Both the position numbers and the translations under genes were made by a program. This document shows positions 59,713-64,000 of a stretch of DNA of 64,000 nucleotides, one piece after another. This DNA comes from Eledone cirrhosa (Eukaryota): positions 82,026,001 through 82,090,000 of the forward strand of contig OZ024743.1 in assembly GCA_964016885.1 (NCBI GenBank). The letters run 5' to 3'. The notes beneath the pieces were generated by a model. The model was given only the letters and a program-made list of their open reading frames with translations, had not been told where the DNA came from and did not search any database. Each line of letters opens with the position of its first letter. The first letter of the stretch is position 1.

Positions 59713-60040
59713 GATTGGTAGTTACCACAATTCCGGTTTGTAGTTATTTTCTTGATTTATTCTTAAATTAAGTCTGACAGACCCTATTGCCTATAGTTAG
59801 TATTGTTTTCACCTTAGCGAATCTGGTCCCTTACGATTTGAATACATATATGTATAGTCTGTGTTCGTTTTTCTTTTTGTTCAGTTATATATATATATAT
59901 TTAAAAGTTAAACAAGGTTCAATGAATAAATCAAAGAATGGGTTTTACAATAGATTTTAAGCACTCAACAGTTATGGTTTTCCAGAGTTATTAATATTAA
60001 TTCAAAATATTAACAAAATAGATATTCTTGTGATCAAGTA

Positions 60041-60107
60041 TATTTTATTATACATATTTCAGAGGTACTGAGTTAACTTCAACAGTACGTCCTCATCAGA
60101 TAAAATA
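60041..60107 (-). ncRNA. Type I hammerhead ribozyme in an inverted duplication (59994-60224)
   Basis: uauuuuau-CUGAUGA-ggacguacug..caguaccucu-GAAAU-augu-AUA-auaaaaua; 8-bp stem I. Confidence 0.8.
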
Positions 60108-60370
60108 AGATGATGCATGACATACCCTGACATAGTTGAAGTTAACTCAGTACCTCTGAAATATGTATAATAAAATATACTTGATCACAAGAATATCTAT
60201 TTTGTTAATAATTTGAATTAATATATATATATATATATGAGAATGACAAGTGTCCCAAACGTAAAGACATTTTCCTATTATACCAAGCGTTACACTAATA
60301 TATTTCTTCATTGTACCGTTTACTTTTAACACACACATGTGCCACAGTTATATACACCACACACACACAC

Positions 60371-60411
<41 letters not shown>

Positions 60412-60807
60412 CTCTCTCACTCTCTCTTTCTCTCTCTCTCTCTCTCACTCTCTCTCCTGAAATACGCGCACAAACATTAAGACACATATATGAACCTACA
60501 CATTCATACAAACGAACAGACGCACACACATTAACACACAAATCTACACATACATACACGCACTAAAAGGCACACACACACACACACACACACACACAAC
60601 AAATACACAGCCATATTGTGACAGATACTGAAACACAAGGATACACCTAACACACTAACATATACACACAGACATACACACACATGCACAGATAAACACA
60701 TATGGACAGACATACACGTCTACACAAACACATCATCATACACAGACATACATATACACACCAACACAAATATTACACATTTACAGACACATTCACACCC
60801 CAACACA

Positions 60808-60998
60808 AGTAGATTGCCAGTATCGGTAGAGGGTCGGACGCCATGCTTTGCAAGCATAGAGTTACGGTCCTTTACGGTCTGAGTTCAAATCCTGCCGAGA
60901 TTAACTTTGCCTTTCATCCTTACGGGGTCGATAAAATAAAGTACCAGTAATACACTGTGATAATTGCTGCTCTTGTGCCAAAAGTAGAAACAATTATT
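60808..60998 (+). mobile_element. SINE family A
   Basis: Head, core and tail as at 8661. Confidence 0.9.
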
Positions 60999-61269
60999 AC
61001 ACATTTACACACACTCATACACACATAAATAGACACACACACAAACAGAGTCACACACACACAGCTACACAAACACAGCCACACAAACACAAGCACACAC
61101 ACAACCATACACACAACCAGACACAACCACACACACACAACCACATACACAACCACACACACAACCACACACACACACAACCACACACACACAACCGCAC
61201 ACACACAACTGCACACACACAACCGCACACACACAACCACACACACAACCACACACACAACCATACCAT

Positions 61270-61749
61270 TGGTTGTGGTGGTGGTGGTGGTGGTGGTGTT
61301 GTTGTTGGTGGTGATGGTGGTGGTCGTGGTGGTCGTGGTGGTGGTAGTGGTGTTGGTGGTGGTAGTGGTGGTGATGGTGGTGTTGGTGGTGGTGTTGGTG
61401 GTGGTGGTGGTGTTGTTGGTGCTGGCGGTGGTGGTGGTGGTGTTGTTGTTGGTGGTGATGGTGGTGGTCGTGGTGGTCGTGGTGATGGTAGTGGTGTTGG
61501 TGGTGGTGGTGGTGGTGGTGGTGTTGTTGGTGGTGATGGTGGTGGTGTTGGTGGTGGTGTTGGTGGTGGTGGTGGTGGTAGTGGTGGTGTTGTTGGTGGC
61601 GGTGGTGGTAGTGGGGGCGGTGTTGGTGGTGGTGGTGGTGGTGGTAGTAGTGGTGGTAGTGGTGTTGTTGTTGTTGTTGGTGGTGTTGGTGGTGGTAATA
61701 GGGTGGTGGTGGTGGTGGTAGTGGGGGTAATGGGGGGGGAGTAGTGTTG

Positions 61750-61781
<32 letters not shown>

Positions 61782-62630
61782 GGTGGTAGTGGTGGTGTTC
61801 TTGTTGTTGGTGGTGGTAGTGGTGATGGTAGTGGTGGTGGTGTTGCTGTAGGTGGTGGCGGTAGTGGTGGTGGTATTGGTGGTGTAGTTGTTGGTGGTGG
61901 TGGTGGTAGTGGAAGTGGTGGTGGTGGTGTTGTTGGTGGTGGTGTTGGTGGTGGTGGTGTTGTTGATGTTGGAGGTGGTGGTGTTGTTGGTGGTGTTGTT
62001 GTTGTTGGTGGTAGGGGTGGTGGTAGTGGTGGTAGTGGAAGTGGTTGTGTTGTTGGTGGTGGTGTTGTTATTGCTGGTGGTGGCGGTGTTATTGTTGTTG
62101 TTGGTGGTGGTGGTGTTAGTGGTAATTGGTGGTGGTGGTGGTGGTAGTGTTGCTGCGGGGCAGTTGGGTTGAGAGGAGGAGGATGAGGGGGTTTAGAAAT
62201 AGTAGGTGCTATATCACGTGATCGTCAGTTTGATCCGCCATATGTTTAATTTATTTATTTCCTAATCTTTACTCTCCATCCCCCTTTCTACTTATACCAC
62301 ATCCCTCCCTCTAACACCACCACCACCACCACAACCACCACCACTAACACCACCACTACTACACCACCACCACCACTACACCACCACCACAACCACCACC
62401 ACTAACACCACCACCACTACACCACCACCACTAACACCACCACCACCACCACCACTACACCACCACAACCACCACCACTAACACCACCACCACTACCACC
62501 ACAACCACCACCACCACTACACCACCACCACCACCACCACCACCACCACCACTAACACCACCACCACTAACACCACCACCACTACACCACCACCACGACC
62601 ACAACCGCCACCAACACCACCACAACCACC
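61270..62630. repeat. (GGT)n tract (61270-62150) followed by (CCA)n tract (62310-62630)
   Basis: Direct reading. Confidence 0.93.
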
Positions 62631-62799
62631 TCTATCTACATACACCAACCCTCTCCCTTTCTCTCTCTATCAATCAGTAATCATGTTCACCTCTCTCTAT
62701 CTCTACTTCTCTCTCTCTCTCTACCACGCCTCTCTCTCTTTCAATCTCTAATTCTTTCTACTTATACATAACAGCACCGAGTTCTCTCTCTCTCTCTCT

Positions 62800-62847
<48 letters not shown>

Positions 62848-62922
62848 CTCGTTGAGTAACCCCTCACCGTACGTCAACTCTATCCAGTGTAGTAATTAAC
62901 CATTACTGCATCCAGGATAATC

Positions 62923-62968
<46 letters not shown>

Positions 62969-63125
62969 TTATATACACACACATTATATGCACATATATG
63001 TATATATATATGTATATACACACACATATATGCACATCCCCACCTCACCCCACTCTCAAGAGCGTGAAACTAATAAACCTTTGTTCGTACTGCCTCTCTG
63101 TTTTGTTCCCGTTCAATTTTTAACA

Positions 63126-63157
<32 letters not shown>

Positions 63158-63164
<7 letters not shown>

Positions 63165-63823
63165 GAGAAGAAAGAAGAATACTGCGTGGTTTGCACATGG
63201 GTTACATCTGATATAAATAGTCCTTCGTCAGTGATTTTCCAACCATCATTGGTATTTCATCGCATTAAAAATTCAGATACCTCAGGTTGGTGCGAGCAAT
63301 AACTAAAAAACGTTATTGGGACCAGTAATTCGCGTAAAGTGAGGGGCGACAAGTAAACAACATAGAAGGATAAAAGCAAATCGAAGATAGGAAAATAAAC
63401 AAGCAACATGGTTGTCCGGTCAACGTAAACTGGGTGGATTTCATGAGCGAGAGAGGTACAGACCGTGTCGATGTGTGTGAGGTGTAAGCAAGAAGAGACC
63501 CACACAAGCCAAATGGGAGGAAGTGAGAAGGAGAGAAACAGAGAGTGAGTGAGTGGAAGTGTGAGGAAGAGGTCAGTCGAGAGAAAGTGTAACTGACAGA
63601 GGGGGCGAAAGAAGGTGTGAGAAACAGAGAGAGCGGGGAAGCAGTAAGAGAGAAACAGACAAACGCAACCGAGGTAAATATATATAAAAAACATGAGAAG
63701 AAATAAGAATACTGCGTGGTTTGCACATGGGTTACATATGATAAAAATAGTCCTTCGTCAGTGATTTTACCAACCATCATTGGTATTTCATCGCATTTAA
63801 TATCAGATACCTCAGGTTGGTGC
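63158..63823. mobile_element. Non-coding element with ~135-bp terminal direct repeats (63158-63293, 63687-63823)
   Basis: aaacatgagaag..cctcaggttggtgc occurs twice around ~390 bp; microsatellites on both flanks. Confidence 0.6.
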
Positions 63824-63841
63824 ACACACATATACATATAT

Positions 63842-63893
<52 letters not shown>

Positions 63894-64000
63894 ATATATA
63901 TATATATGTGCGTGTGTATATGTATATAAATATAAACATACACATATATGAAGCTACATATATAAATACACACACACACACATATATATATATAATATAC

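Overview
Repeat-dominated eukaryotic DNA, most likely an octopus (coleoid cephalopod) intronic or intergenic region. This is inferred from the very dense (TA)n/(CA)n/(CT)n tracts and the tRNA-derived SINE families; no search confirms it. Nearly all long ORFs in the track are translations of simple repeats. The real coding remnants are retroelements: several Penelope-like elements (PLEs; RT plus GIY-YIG), a Tx1/L1-type LINE, CRE-type and RTE-type LINE fragments, many SINEs and small DNA-transposon MITEs. There is also a 4.6-kb 43-bp satellite and several minisatellites. The most striking feature is about 15 intact, degenerate or partial type I hammerhead ribozyme (HHR) motifs in 64 kb. Several sit in short non-coding cassettes next to (TA)n that are folded back into palindromes at or beside the ribozyme helices. 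Four spliceable + strand segments can be chained into a possible 80-aa host ORF (low confidence). All alignments and folds were done by eye.
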